Below, piece after piece: positions 10,083 through 19,439 of a DNA stretch of 64,000 bases. The number at the start of each line of letters is the position of its first letter. Position 1 is the stretch's first letter. The notes beneath the pieces were generated by a model. It saw only the letters and a list, made by a program, of their open reading frames with translations, ran no database searches and had not been told where the DNA came from. The stretch comes from Bacteroidia bacterium (GTDB lineage: Bacteria; Bacteroidota; Bacteroidia; SpSt-205), in assembly GCA_025057135.1 (NCBI GenBank), contig JANWXY010000085.1, positions 151 to 64,150 on the forward strand, written 5' to 3'. The translations under genes and the position numbers were made by a program.

Positions 10083-10090
10083 TACATTTG
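10083..10090 (+). promoter_or_regulatory. Candidate Bacteroidetes -7 promoter element TACATTTG (consensus TAnnTTTG), 7 bp upstream of the ATG of the beta-helix T9SS protein gene.
   Basis: Exact match to TAnnTTTG in the intergenic region, at the expected distance for a near-leaderless transcript. Confidence 0.35.
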
Positions 10091-10097
10091 TCATGAT

Positions 10098-13000
10098 ATG
10101 CGCTACGCATTCATACTTGGCGTGTTTGGGCTGTTTATTTCTGCGCAGCCCCTCAGTGGAAACTATACGATAGTAGGCTCATCAGCAAACTTTGCCAGCA
10201 ATCAGTTTCCGAGTATTCAAGCGGCATTTGACTCCCTGTCTAATCGGGGCGCTTCGGGCGTCGTAACAATCACCTTGCCACCAGGTACCTCATGGGCCCC
10301 GACGAATGAGCCCACTACAATCACCCTGAGAGGCTATACCTGTACAAACTGTCGGGTTAGCTTGATTTTAGATACTGTAGTTGTGCTTCAAAAGCTCACC
10401 AATGCCACTTCGGATACCCGCTTCGTGCTGAGACTGGAAGGAAACATAAAGAACCTAACCATAGATGGACGGAATAAATTCACCATACAAAACACAGCCT
10501 CAGGACCCACAAGCACGGGTACGCTGGGTATCGTTTCGACTAGCTCTAAACCTCTGGTAGTGGATACGCTGCTCATTAGGGGTTTGATCATTCAAGGCAA
10601 TGGACGCTCTAACACTTTTGCCGGGATTTACTTGGGTCCCGATGCCAGTCTTACAACAGGCCCCCTATTATCTGGCAGCAGCATAAATGGGCTCCAAATA
10701 GTCGGAAACAGCATTGACTTTGTGAGCCGCCCTATTCATCTGCGGGGTGCTCGAACCATACTTCAAAACATCACCATCACAGATAACCGCATAGGACTTG
10801 CGAATGCTCAATCCTGGGCGGCTACTTTCAATATCGGAGCTGTACATATCATCGGAGGGCAGCGAATCACCATCCTGCGCAATCACATTACAGGGGCAGA
10901 AAGCGGCTCCCTAACAACTTCTAATAATGTAGCGGGAGTTCGCCTGGATAGCTGTGAGAGCTTTGAAATTGCCCGTAACTGGATTTATGGATTGCGCTTC
11001 ATAGGGAATGGGGGGCGAGGCGAACATGGGATTTTCGTCAGATTACCCGGCAGCTTCCTTAGCAGTAGCTCCTCTCATCTCATACACAATAACATGATAG
11101 CCGACATCCTCGGCGACTCCCGAAGTACATCAATGGCGGGCGATGGAGGTGAAAATGTCAGTGGCATATATCTCGGAGCTTTTGGAGCCTTATCCGATGC
11201 TCGTCTCCAAGTGTATCATAACTCCATCCATCTCTTTGGAGATAACTCCTCGGTAAATTCTACTCAATCAGGAGGAGCCTCTGCCTGCATCACCGTCGGT
11301 GATAGCATTCGTGGGGGAGTGGTGATAGTGGGCAATATACTCCAGAACACTCTACGGGTGGCCCAGCAACTGAAGCCAGCTTACGGGATCGTATTTTTGA
11401 CAAATAGCCCGCTCAGTAGCGTGAGCATAAACTATAATGCCTACTACATCAGCGCCCCAGCCGTATCTAACTACATAGCAGGGATAGGCAGCACAAACTA
11501 TACGACTTTTTCATCATGGCAGAGCTCTCCACTTTCACCAGAGTCTAACGGCATCGCCCTAAGCACTCCTGCGAACTTCACCTCTAATACAGACCTACAC
11601 CTTACAGCGAATACCCCCTCTTCTCTAATCAACGTAGGAAGTCCTACATACAACGGCACTCAGGACATTGACGGACAAACCAGACCCCTCCCCACTGGTA
11701 CATCAGCCTACAACGACAGTGGTACATTCCCAGACATAGGAGCTGATGAGCTGGATGGTACGATGTCTGGATGTTTTACGAGTTTATTCGCCCCTAATCT
11801 CATAACCTCTACTACGCCTGATATGGGAGGAGCATATTTCTGGGGTAAATCAATAACATTGGATACGACAGGTACAAACCAGCCCCCTGCCGCAGGTAGC
11901 CTCCAGATTATATACTCGCTGGACGATGGAAATACATGGACCTCTGGTCCTGCAGTAAGCAGCTTCCCCATAAGCTTCACTCTGCCTGGATTGGTACCGC
12001 CGACCTATGAGGATACTATATTCCTTGCTCTGAGGGCTGGACATGTGAATAGTGGGTGCCCCCTGCCCCCAGATACCTCCAATGCATTCCTACAGCTCCC
12101 CCTGCGCGATCGTCCAGGGAATCGTCCTACCACAGCCATACCCCTTACCCTCAACTTAGCCGGCGGAATTTGGACCGCCTCAATACAGGATAGCACGAAT
12201 GGACTGGCTACTTCTAATGAATATGGCAGCGGCACGGGAGCTCCCACAAACCCCCGCGGGACAGGAGCTCGGGATATTTTCTTCAAAATAACTCTGCCCG
12301 CTTGCTTTGACTCCCTGCGACTCAATACTTGCGATCCCTTCACCAACTTCGGCACAAGGATTAATCTCTTCAATCAAACCTCGCCTGATACCACTGCTGA
12401 TGAGGACCAAGGCTCAAGCTATTGCAGCAGCGCAGGATTCAGCAATCCGCAGTTCACCGCCCATCTCATAGCTATAGGCGGCGTGGGGTCCTCCCCTATC
12501 AGGCCTTATGATGAAGATCCAAATGCGCCCAATATAGACACTTTACGTCTGCGAGCCGGAGATGAGATTCTGATCGCCATAGAAGGTTTCAACTCTGGCG
12601 CCTCTGGCCGTTTCAACCTCTCCATCACAGGATATCCTACCACCGCCCAGACGATCATTTATCAGGGTACAGCACGTCCCAGCGGTACAGTGATAAATAT
12701 CAGCACGTCTAACACTTCTGTCCAAGATACCTTCATCGTCCAAGGAGGTGGCTTCCAACATGAGTGGCGAATTCACTTGAATGGACAAGCTATCCCCCTT
12801 CTCACCTTGGCAGATGATTCACTCGTCTATACATTCACCCAGGCGGGTACTTATCAGGTAATCGCCCAGTCTCTCCTCTGCGGAAAAGAAGATACACTGA
12901 TTGTGAATGTGAGTTTTACTACAGCTACGCACACCGGAACTTCTCCAAAAGTATTCGTATTCCCCAATCCTTCAAGTGGTAGCTTCACTGTAAAGTACCC

Positions 13001-13178
13001 AGCTGAGGCCGCCCTCCTTCACCTGTATATTTATGATTTGACGGGTAGGAAAGTTTATGAAACTGCTATACAGGGTCCTCAGCAGAGCATTTCTACTACC
13101 CTACCGAATGGTCTGTACCGCCTAACCCTCGTAAGCGATAAAGTTTTACAAGAGACGCCTCTGCTCATCCAGAGATAA
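10098..13178 (+). CDS. Large secreted right-handed parallel beta-helix protein (pectate-lyase-like fold) with a T9SS type-A C-terminal sorting domain.
   Basis: Signal peptide MRYAFILGVFGLFISAQP. Many NxT/S-rich beta-helix rungs (ITITDNRIG, ILRNHITGAESG and similar). C-terminal KVFVFPNPSSGSFTVKY...LYIYDLTGRKVYE...LPNGLYRLTLVSD is typical of the Por secretion (T9SS) CTD. Confidence 0.75.
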   Translation: MRYAFILGVFGLFISAQPLSGNYTIVGSSANFASNQFPSIQAAFDSLSNRGASGVVTITLPPGTSWAPTNEPTTITLRGYTCTNCRVSLILDTVVVLQKLTNATSDTRFVLRLEGNIKNLTIDGRNKFTIQNTASGPTSTGTLGIVSTSSKPLVVDTLLIRGLIIQGNGRSNTFAGIYLGPDASLTTGPLLSGSSINGLQIVGNSIDFVSRPIHLRGARTILQNITITDNRIGLANAQSWAATFNIGAVHIIGGQRITILRNHITGAESGSLTTSNNVAGVRLDSCESFEIARNWIYGLRFIGNGGRGEHGIFVRLPGSFLSSSSSHLIHNNMIADILGDSRSTSMAGDGGENVSGIYLGAFGALSDARLQVYHNSIHLFGDNSSVNSTQSGGASACITVGDSIRGGVVIVGNILQNTLRVAQQLKPAYGIVFLTNSPLSSVSINYNAYYISAPAVSNYIAGIGSTNYTTFSSWQSSPLSPESNGIALSTPANFTSNTDLHLTANTPSSLINVGSPTYNGTQDIDGQTRPLPTGTSAYNDSGTFPDIGADELDGTMSGCFTSLFAPNLITSTTPDMGGAYFWGKSITLDTTGTNQPPAAGSLQIIYSLDDGNTWTSGPAVSSFPISFTLPGLVPPTYEDTIFLALRAGHVNSGCPLPPDTSNAFLQLPLRDRPGNRPTTAIPLTLNLAGGIWTASIQDSTNGLATSNEYGSGTGAPTNPRGTGARDIFFKITLPACFDSLRLNTCDPFTNFGTRINLFNQTSPDTTADEDQGSSYCSSAGFSNPQFTAHLIAIGGVGSSPIRPYDEDPNAPNIDTLRLRAGDEILIAIEGFNSGASGRFNLSITGYPTTAQTIIYQGTARPSGTVINISTSNTSVQDTFIVQGGGFQHEWRIHLNGQAIPLLTLADDSLVYTFTQAGTYQVIAQSLLCGKEDTLIVNVSFTTATHTGTSPKVFVFPNPSSGSFTVKYPAEAALLHLYIYDLTGRKVYETAIQGPQQSISTTLPNGLYRLTLVSDKVLQETPLLIQR

Positions 13179-13199
13179 GTCTTCTGGGGATTCTCGGAT

Positions 13200-13241
13200 A
13201 GTCCCGAAACGCTTTTGTAGAGCGTTTCGGGACTATTTTTT
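13200..13241 (+). terminator. Rho-independent terminator. A perfect 13-bp stem agtcccgaaacgc/gcgtttcgggact with a 9-nt loop is followed by TTTTTT.
   Basis: Read directly from the sequence, 22 bp after the stop of the 10098..13178 gene. Confidence 0.75.
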
Positions 13242-13322
13242 CGGTGACAGGGAGAAAGAAACATACAAGTGCTGCAAGGAAAAGCTGTATCTGATACATC
13301 CTAAATCCGTTAAGTTAGCCTT

Positions 13323-15443
13323 ATGGCAGTGGTGGAAGCCACCTATAAAATCGTAGGGATGACTTGTCAAAGTTGTGCAGCGAGCGTTCGGAGTCTATTA
13401 GAGAATGTACCCGGCGTTGAAGGTGTAGAAGTACACTTTGCGACACAGGAGGTTACGATTTTACATGAAGCTGAAAAGGCACCCTTTGATAAACTACGGG
13501 AAGCACTCACGCCAGCAGGCTATGAGCTCATACCCAACTCTGAGACCCAGCTGATCATTCAGCAGCAGTACATCAAGCAGCTAATACGATACCTATACTG
13601 GCTGGGTGGGCTTGCTGTGACGGGCGCAGCGATACACTTCTTGTCGGGACATTTCGCTCACAGGATTGCTCTGCTTCATTATAGCCTTACGCTGCCGAGC
13701 GTTATATGGATAGCGGGCAGGTACTTCTTCCGACCGGCATGGCAGCAGCTGAGAGTTCGGCAACTGACGATGGATACGCTGGTATCTCTGGGCATTCTCG
13801 GTAGCTTGCTTTTAGGAGGGATAGAGCTTTACACCGGGAAAGTAGGCCATTCTGTGGTAGCAGGGGCAGAAATCTCATTCTTCATACTGATAGGCCGCTT
13901 ATTGGAAGAGAAAGCCCGATACAGAACTAAATCTGCACTGGAGACCTTCTCTGCTTTGGCTGTGCCTACTGCTCGGCGCATTTATGAAGGTGGAAGGGCT
14001 GAAACCGTTTCCACTCATAGTCTGAGTGTAGGCGATATTGTAGAAGTGCGGCCTGGTGAAACCTTTCCAATAGACGGAACCGTCCTCTCAGGGAAGGCCT
14101 CAGTATCAGAAAGCCTCCTGACCGGCGAACCTTTTCCCGTAGAGAAAACTACCGGAGACAAAGTTTGGGCTGGTACTCAGAATGTCGCTGGCACTGTACA
14201 TATCCGAATGGATACCCCCGTTCAAGAGACTTTCTTAGCTCAGCTTATTCTGCGCATACAGAGAGCACAGAATAGCCAGGCCCGCCTACAGAGGGTAGCA
14301 GACCGCATATCCAGCTTTTTCGTCCCTTTCATAATCGCTCTATCAGCTTTGACGCTACTTTACCATTTGTGGCAAGGTGCAGCAGCCGAAACGGCATGGG
14401 AAAGAGCTTTGAGCGTACTGGTTATCTCGTGTCCCTGTGCCCTGGGTTTAGCTACGCCTATCGCCGTCCAGATGGCTATCGGTAGTGCTGCAGGCGCGCA
14501 GATATTACTGCGAGAAATAGCTCAACTGGAAAACCTCTCAAAGGGAACCATTTGGGCATTTGATAAAACGGGTACTTTGACCTACGGAAAAGCTGCCGTC
14601 AAGAACGCTCAAATATACGCGACCGAGGAGACTCCGTATGTTCTATCCGCTATTCGGCGTAGCTTACATCCTTTGGCCCAGACCTTAGCTGAATATCTCG
14701 CCCCTATAACTCCCCCTGCTCCAACCGAACCCCAGCTTGTTGAACTCCCGGGCAAAGGGCTCATAGCTACTTTCCCTAACAAGAAACTTTATGTAGGCAA
14801 TCCCCACTGGATAGCGGAAAAGCATCCTGACTTACCCATCCCGACAGATACGGCGGTAGTTGTCGCGACACCTGAAAGAGTCATCGGCATTTTTACCTTT
14901 GAGGATAAGCTTAGAGAGGGACTAGGGCCTTTCTTATCTCAGCTCAAAGCGAAAGATAAAAAGCTTGTTTTGCTGACAGGCGATCCCTCTGAAACGGCCC
15001 AGATTGTAGGGCAAAGGCTCGGATTTGACGAGATACATCAGGGCCTCTCGCCCATAGACAAAGCCCAGTGGATAGAAAAGATTCAGAGCCAAGGGGAAAA
15101 AGTTGTATTCGTCGGGGATGGGATTAACGATGCTCTGGCGTTACAGACCGCCAGTGTAGGCATTGCCGCACACTGTGGTGTGGGAGCTGCGGTACATAGC
15201 GCTGGTATAGCCCTTCTGAGAGACATAGACACAGCATTACCCGCTCTCTACATTTTGAGCAGGCGACTGCACCGAATTATAACCCAAAACCTCCTATGGG
15301 CGTTTGCCTATAACTTTTTGGCTATCCCTATTGCTATGGGATTAGTGCCAGGCGTGGAAATCACCCCAAGCATAAGTGCCTTGCTTATGTCGCTAAGCTC
15401 GCTGACTGTAGTCTTGAATAGTCTGCGCCTGAGGATAGGTTAG
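13323..15443 (+). CDS. copA: Heavy-metal (Cu+) translocating P1B-type ATPase.
   Basis: N-terminal HMA domain GMTCQSCAASV. CPC motif SCPCALGLATP in TM6. Phosphorylation site DKTGTLT. Hinge GDGINDALAL. Confidence 0.85.
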   Translation: MAVVEATYKIVGMTCQSCAASVRSLLENVPGVEGVEVHFATQEVTILHEAEKAPFDKLREALTPAGYELIPNSETQLIIQQQYIKQLIRYLYWLGGLAVTGAAIHFLSGHFAHRIALLHYSLTLPSVIWIAGRYFFRPAWQQLRVRQLTMDTLVSLGILGSLLLGGIELYTGKVGHSVVAGAEISFFILIGRLLEEKARYRTKSALETFSALAVPTARRIYEGGRAETVSTHSLSVGDIVEVRPGETFPIDGTVLSGKASVSESLLTGEPFPVEKTTGDKVWAGTQNVAGTVHIRMDTPVQETFLAQLILRIQRAQNSQARLQRVADRISSFFVPFIIALSALTLLYHLWQGAAAETAWERALSVLVISCPCALGLATPIAVQMAIGSAAGAQILLREIAQLENLSKGTIWAFDKTGTLTYGKAAVKNAQIYATEETPYVLSAIRRSLHPLAQTLAEYLAPITPPAPTEPQLVELPGKGLIATFPNKKLYVGNPHWIAEKHPDLPIPTDTAVVVATPERVIGIFTFEDKLREGLGPFLSQLKAKDKKLVLLTGDPSETAQIVGQRLGFDEIHQGLSPIDKAQWIEKIQSQGEKVVFVGDGINDALALQTASVGIAAHCGVGAAVHSAGIALLRDIDTALPALYILSRRLHRIITQNLLWAFAYNFLAIPIAMGLVPGVEITPSISALLMSLSSLTVVLNSLRLRIG

Positions 15444-15564
15444 ATATAGATATGTGTTCTATGATAAAAAAGCGGTACATGTGGTGAAGCTGAAAAAACA
15501 TCCTGTGCGCAGACGGAAGGTTTAGTGCATGACTCAGGCACAGAGGTTGTTACCATGATCAGGT

Positions 15565-15600
15565 AAATAAAAAAACTGGGGGCTATTACAATGCCCCCAG
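15565..15600 (-). terminator. Rho-independent terminator for the minus-strand OMP gene. Stem ctgggggc/gcccccag with a 9-nt loop. The minus-strand U-tract is the plus-strand aaataaaaaaa at 15565-15575.
   Basis: Read directly from the sequence. It lies 48 bp downstream (minus-strand sense) of the 15648 stop. Confidence 0.6.
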
Positions 15601-15647
15601 TCTGCAATCAAAGCTCGCAGTTTGTATTTGCTGAGCTTGCGAAAAGA

Positions 15648-16466
15648 CTACTTGACAGCTATATTGTAACTGATGCCCAACATCAGCCCCCCCGTGATAG
15701 CAGATGTAGCTGGTCTTTTTTCGGTAGAGCTACCATGTGATCCAAGTTCATATTTAGGCTTCTGCTCCCAATACGGATCAGAATGATTTCCATGCGGTAT
15801 AGCGGCGTCCTTATTCTCTACATCGCCGAAGCTATAGTCTCCCCTGAAATGCAAACTCAGTAACAGCTCATCTGAGAGCTTGATTCCTACGCCTAATCCG
15901 AGGGCAGCTCCGAAGTTAGAGGAACGATAGATAGGTGCTGTCAGCTCCTCTTCCTGGGTATAAGAAGGAAAAGGAGGTACAGAGATTGTATAAGTGGCTT
16001 TGGTGCCCGATACTTCTAACTTCTCAGAGTTGTTACCCGCCGAGAAAGTCGCCTCGTCTTTGTACCCTGTGAGCAGACTAAGCTGCGGACCCAAAAAGAA
16101 GCTGAATTGCACGGGTGAGTTAGGGTCAGAGTTAAACCGCAAGAGGAGGGGAAGTTTGAGATAGTTTAACGAGGTTTGGGCTGTCAAGTCAACGCCAGAT
16201 TCGGTCCCCTTGTACTTTTGCCCTTGACGGGAATACAAGACATCCAAACCAACGCCGATATAATCTGTGAAGTTGTACCCCAAAGTAATCCCGCCAGCAA
16301 ATCCCCAAGTGGATACATAGTCCAGTTCTGGTCCAGCATCCGAATCATCCTGATTGAGCAGCCATGTACTCTGAGGAAGGAATGCAGCGCCAACTTTTAT
16401 AGTACCTTGCTGCGCATATAGTCCTCCCAAAAGGAGGAACGATAACCATACGGACTGCTTTTTCAT
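15648..16466 (-). CDS. Outer-membrane beta-barrel protein (OmpA-like / porin-family barrel).
   Basis: Signal peptide MKKQSVWLSFLLLGGLYAQQ from the ATG at 16466. Alternating amphipathic beta-strands with aromatic girdle residues. The C-terminal residue is aromatic-proximal (YNIAVK). The track's longer 16517 start overlaps nuoD. Confidence 0.6.
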   Translation of the reverse strand: MKKQSVWLSFLLLGGLYAQQGTIKVGAAFLPQSTWLLNQDDSDAGPELDYVSTWGFAGGITLGYNFTDYIGVGLDVLYSRQGQKYKGTESGVDLTAQTSLNYLKLPLLLRFNSDPNSPVQFSFFLGPQLSLLTGYKDEATFSAGNNSEKLEVSGTKATYTISVPPFPSYTQEEELTAPIYRSSNFGAALGLGVGIKLSDELLLSLHFRGDYSFGDVENKDAAIPHGNHSDPYWEQKPKYELGSHGSSTEKRPATSAITGGLMLGISYNIAVK

Positions 16467-16500
16467 ATCGGAGCAAAGGTATAAAAACCGCAGCTTGCCT

Positions 16501-17649
16501 TTACCTATCCACTTCACACATCACGATATCCAAAGACCCTAAAAGAGCCACGAAATCCGCAAGCCACATCCCCTGGCTCGTCAGCGAGGGTAACATAGAC
16601 AAGTGAGCAAATGAGGGGGATCGAGCTTTGAGGCGATGAGGTATGTCTTTATTCTTTTCAACCTCTATCACAAATCCAATTTCCCCTCTGGCGCCCTCCG
16701 CCGCTGCGTAGAGGCTCTGATCTTCTTTTGGACGGGGTTTTTTACCAGAGAGCCCCCTCGGATTGAAATCCCCGCCACCAGGATAGGCCTTTTCCAATCG
16801 GTCTAAACACTGCAGGACTATCTTGATACTTTCCTCCATCTCTCTAAATCGTACATAGGTACGAGCCCAGCAGTCTCCCGCTTCTTCCACTGGCACGTCA
16901 AACTCTATCTCGGGATATACACTGTACGGACGCACCCGCCGAAGGTCCCAAGCTAATCCGCTTGCCCTAAGCACAGGCCCCGATGCCCCATAAGCTAAAG
17001 CCGTCTCCAAAGGAATAACCCCAACACCTTCAGTTCTATCACGAAAAATGCGATTTTCCAGGACAAGAGCCTTGATCTCATCCAGACTTCTGCGGAAATA
17101 ACCTAAAAAATCTCTAACCTTTTCTGAAAAACCCAACGGCATATCAAATGACACTCCACCGATCCATATGTAGTTATACAGGAGGCGCGCCCCTGTCCAA
17201 CCCTCAAGCATCTCTAAGATAAACTCTCTGTCGCGAAAAGCCCACAAGAATCCCGTCGTAGCCCCTAAATCAATAGCATAAGTACCGATGGCCAGAAGAT
17301 GGGAAGCGATGCGATTGAGCTCTGCGGCAAGTACTCGGAGGTATTCAATCCGCTTGGGTAGTAAGCCTTCCCAGTCTAAGGCTCGTTCTACCGCCAAGGC
17401 GTAAGCATGCTCTCCTAAAATAGGAGCGACATAATCCAGTCTATCCACATAGGGGATAATTTGGGGAAAAGTCAGATGCTGGGCGTGCTTCTCAAAGCAG
17501 CGGTGCATATAGCCTATTTCTACTTCGGCGCCGATGACCCACTCCCCTTCCAAGTCCAGAGTAACATGAAGCACGCCATGGGTAGAAGGATGTTGGGGGC
17601 CCATGTGCAGTTTCATCCAGAGCGAATGTACTATGGGGGGCTCTTGCAA
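16501..17649 (-). CDS. nuoD: NADH-quinone oxidoreductase subunit D (49-kDa subunit, NuoD/Nqo4).
   Basis: HMGPQHPSTHGVLHVTLDLEGEWVIGAEVEIGYMHRCFEKHAQHLTFPQIIPYVDRLDYVAPI is the diagnostic NuoD N-terminus. The C-terminal RSPSFAHLSMLPSL is also NuoD-like. The start is either the TTG at 17649 or the ATG at 17616. No other nuo genes are adjacent. Confidence 0.8.
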   Translation of the reverse strand: MQEPPIVHSLWMKLHMGPQHPSTHGVLHVTLDLEGEWVIGAEVEIGYMHRCFEKHAQHLTFPQIIPYVDRLDYVAPILGEHAYALAVERALDWEGLLPKRIEYLRVLAAELNRIASHLLAIGTYAIDLGATTGFLWAFRDREFILEMLEGWTGARLLYNYIWIGGVSFDMPLGFSEKVRDFLGYFRRSLDEIKALVLENRIFRDRTEGVGVIPLETALAYGASGPVLRASGLAWDLRRVRPYSVYPEIEFDVPVEEAGDCWARTYVRFREMEESIKIVLQCLDRLEKAYPGGGDFNPRGLSGKKPRPKEDQSLYAAAEGARGEIGFVIEVEKNKDIPHRLKARSPSFAHLSMLPSLTSQGMWLADFVALLGSLDIVMCEVDR

Positions 17650-17664
17650 TTGTCATTTTCTGCT

Positions 17665-17672
17665 TACCTTTG
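17665..17672 (+). promoter_or_regulatory. Candidate -7 promoter element TACCTTTG, 17 bp upstream of the small lipoprotein ATG, in the divergent nuoD/lipoprotein intergenic region.
   Basis: Exact TAnnTTTG match. Confidence 0.3.
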
Positions 17673-17689
17673 TGCCGAACAAAACACAC

Positions 17690-17902
17690 ATGCCTATGCG
17701 AGCATTCGTAGTAGCCCTTCTGACAGCAGGTATGTACCTGCTCGTAGGCTGCGGTGGGCAGCAGCAAGAGCAAAAAGCAGCAGAACAGAAGACTGAACAA
17801 TCCCAACCTGCCTCTCAACCGGCAGAACCTGCGCCTGCTCCGACTCAAGAAACCCAAGGAGCGACCGCAGACACAAGCAAGAAGGCTCCCGAGAAGAAGT
17901 AA
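17690..17902 (+). CDS. Small low-complexity lipoprotein (70 aa).
   Basis: MPMRAFVVALLTAGMYLLVGCGG has a lipobox LVGC. The remainder is a Q/E/A/P-rich acidic tail. It is followed by a strong terminator. Confidence 0.4.
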   Translation: MPMRAFVVALLTAGMYLLVGCGGQQQEQKAAEQKTEQSQPASQPAEPAPAPTQETQGATADTSKKAPEKK

Positions 17903-17939
17903 ATCTCGGCGTAGTTTCATTGCGAGTTCAGTCTCACGA

Positions 17940-17971
17940 GCCTCTCGCCCCCCGCGAGAGGCTTTTGTTTT
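17940..17971 (+). terminator. Rho-independent terminator. Stem gcctctcgc/gcgagaggc, loop ccccc, then TTTTGTTTT.
   Basis: Read directly. It abuts the stop (17973) of the convergent GWxTD gene, so it may act bidirectionally. Confidence 0.7.
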
Positions 17972-17972
17972 A

Positions 17973-19412
17973 TTACCTATCGTCTCTTACAAAACCTATT
18001 GTCTGATCATCTCTGAACATAAACGCGCCATCCCGCCCAAAACGGTTGAGCCGTTCAGTTTCCCCTGTAGAAGCTCCTCTTGCTCTTAGTAGAAAGGCGC
18101 GCCAGTTTCGATTCTGTATCTCCCCAATCTTATTGGAGTGGAGCAGCGGGTATTCATTTGTGATGAGGTCTGGGTCATAAAATACAAATATCACCTGCCC
18201 CTGCGCTCCTATCTGATTATAGGTCCAAATCTGATAGGGATATTTATCGGGCTCATTGTAGAAAAACTGCATGTCATTCGGTGGCCCATACTGAATAAAG
18301 ACTCGTCCGCGATCGGTTTTCCACCCAGGACGCATTGAGGATTTGAAGTGCTGCTGGGCATACTCAAATCGCCGAAGAAACTCTTTGAGGTCCATGCTTC
18401 CCGGCATTCCTTGACGCTTCTTCCAGAAGGCTACGAAAAACTTCTTTTTATCTGAAAACTTTTCCAAGGTGCGCATGAAGCTTTTTTCACTGGGAGAGGC
18501 AAGGTGCGTCATCCCCCCCAGGAGCTCGTCAAGTTTAGACTCAGAGAAGCCATACAAAGCATCGTACTCAGACTCTGAGGCTTCTACCATAGGCTCTGCA
18601 GTGGAGATTAGGGTAAAGCGCCGATACCATGAAGCGAGAACGGCACCATCATTACGGCATAGCTCTATCTGCGCAATATAGATACCAGAGCCGAGTCTAC
18701 GAATAGGCAGAGTGAAAACAAATGCCTCAAACGGCTTCGGACGACTCGGACGACGAGCGTAGGATAGTTCCGAAACCTCTTGTGCCCTCTGCGCATCTAA
18801 AACTCGCACACGAAGGTAATAGGGCTCTGTTGTCAAGCTATCCGTAGCATATACCTCGCCATAAATTCGCAGCGTATCCGGATCAACCAGAAGTCCATTT
18901 GATATCCATGGCTCCAATCGTAACCCATGCCGTTCGTAGGGAGCCTCCTCCGCATTTATTCTATGCGCAAAAAGCAGGTCGCTATACCGAAAGCCCCCTG
19001 CCCGTTCAGGCATTTCAAACTCCATGACCGCCTTGACCTTCTGAGGACGGGGGGTCTGATTAGGGTCAGTAGCTTCTATTTCTATCTGATAGGTGCCGGA
19101 GGGTATCCTTAGCCGCCGAATATCAGCATATAAGCGCTGGCGACTGACGGATAAGCTATCCTTCGCTGGGGGAAGTACGAAGCGAAACTTATCCGCATAT
19201 ACAGGAGCATCTAAGGCATTTTTGATGATGAGCGTAAAATCTACCTCTCCTTCATAGACTCCGCCCCGAGCCACATATCGTACCGAACTGGCATCCACTC
19301 CGATAAATAGCTCCACATAGGGCTGACCCTCTGGCGTATAATATCGCACGGGCTCTACATAAAAAACCACCTGAGCCCACGCTCCAGCAAGTAGCCATAG
19401 AAGGCCCCTCAT
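17973..19412 (-). CDS. GWxTD domain-containing secreted protein.
   Basis: Signal peptide MRGLLWLLAGAWAQ. C-terminal GWKTDRGRVFIQYGPPNDMQFFYNEPDKYPYQIWTYNQ contains the GWxTD motif of the Bacteroidetes-specific GWxTD family. Confidence 0.6.
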   Translation of the reverse strand: MRGLLWLLAGAWAQVVFYVEPVRYYTPEGQPYVELFIGVDASSVRYVARGGVYEGEVDFTLIIKNALDAPVYADKFRFVLPPAKDSLSVSRQRLYADIRRLRIPSGTYQIEIEATDPNQTPRPQKVKAVMEFEMPERAGGFRYSDLLFAHRINAEEAPYERHGLRLEPWISNGLLVDPDTLRIYGEVYATDSLTTEPYYLRVRVLDAQRAQEVSELSYARRPSRPKPFEAFVFTLPIRRLGSGIYIAQIELCRNDGAVLASWYRRFTLISTAEPMVEASESEYDALYGFSESKLDELLGGMTHLASPSEKSFMRTLEKFSDKKKFFVAFWKKRQGMPGSMDLKEFLRRFEYAQQHFKSSMRPGWKTDRGRVFIQYGPPNDMQFFYNEPDKYPYQIWTYNQIGAQGQVIFVFYDPDLITNEYPLLHSNKIGEIQNRNWRAFLLRARGASTGETERLNRFGRDGAFMFRDDQTIGFVRDDR

Positions 19413-19439
19413 AAGTCAAATATATCCAAATTCTCTGCC

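Noticed and set aside
17492-17920. 142-aa minus-strand ORF and the 111-aa ORFs at 17461 and 17754.
   Set aside because: They overlap nuoD, the lipoprotein gene and a strong terminator. They are Arg/Leu-rich and typical of out-of-frame translation.
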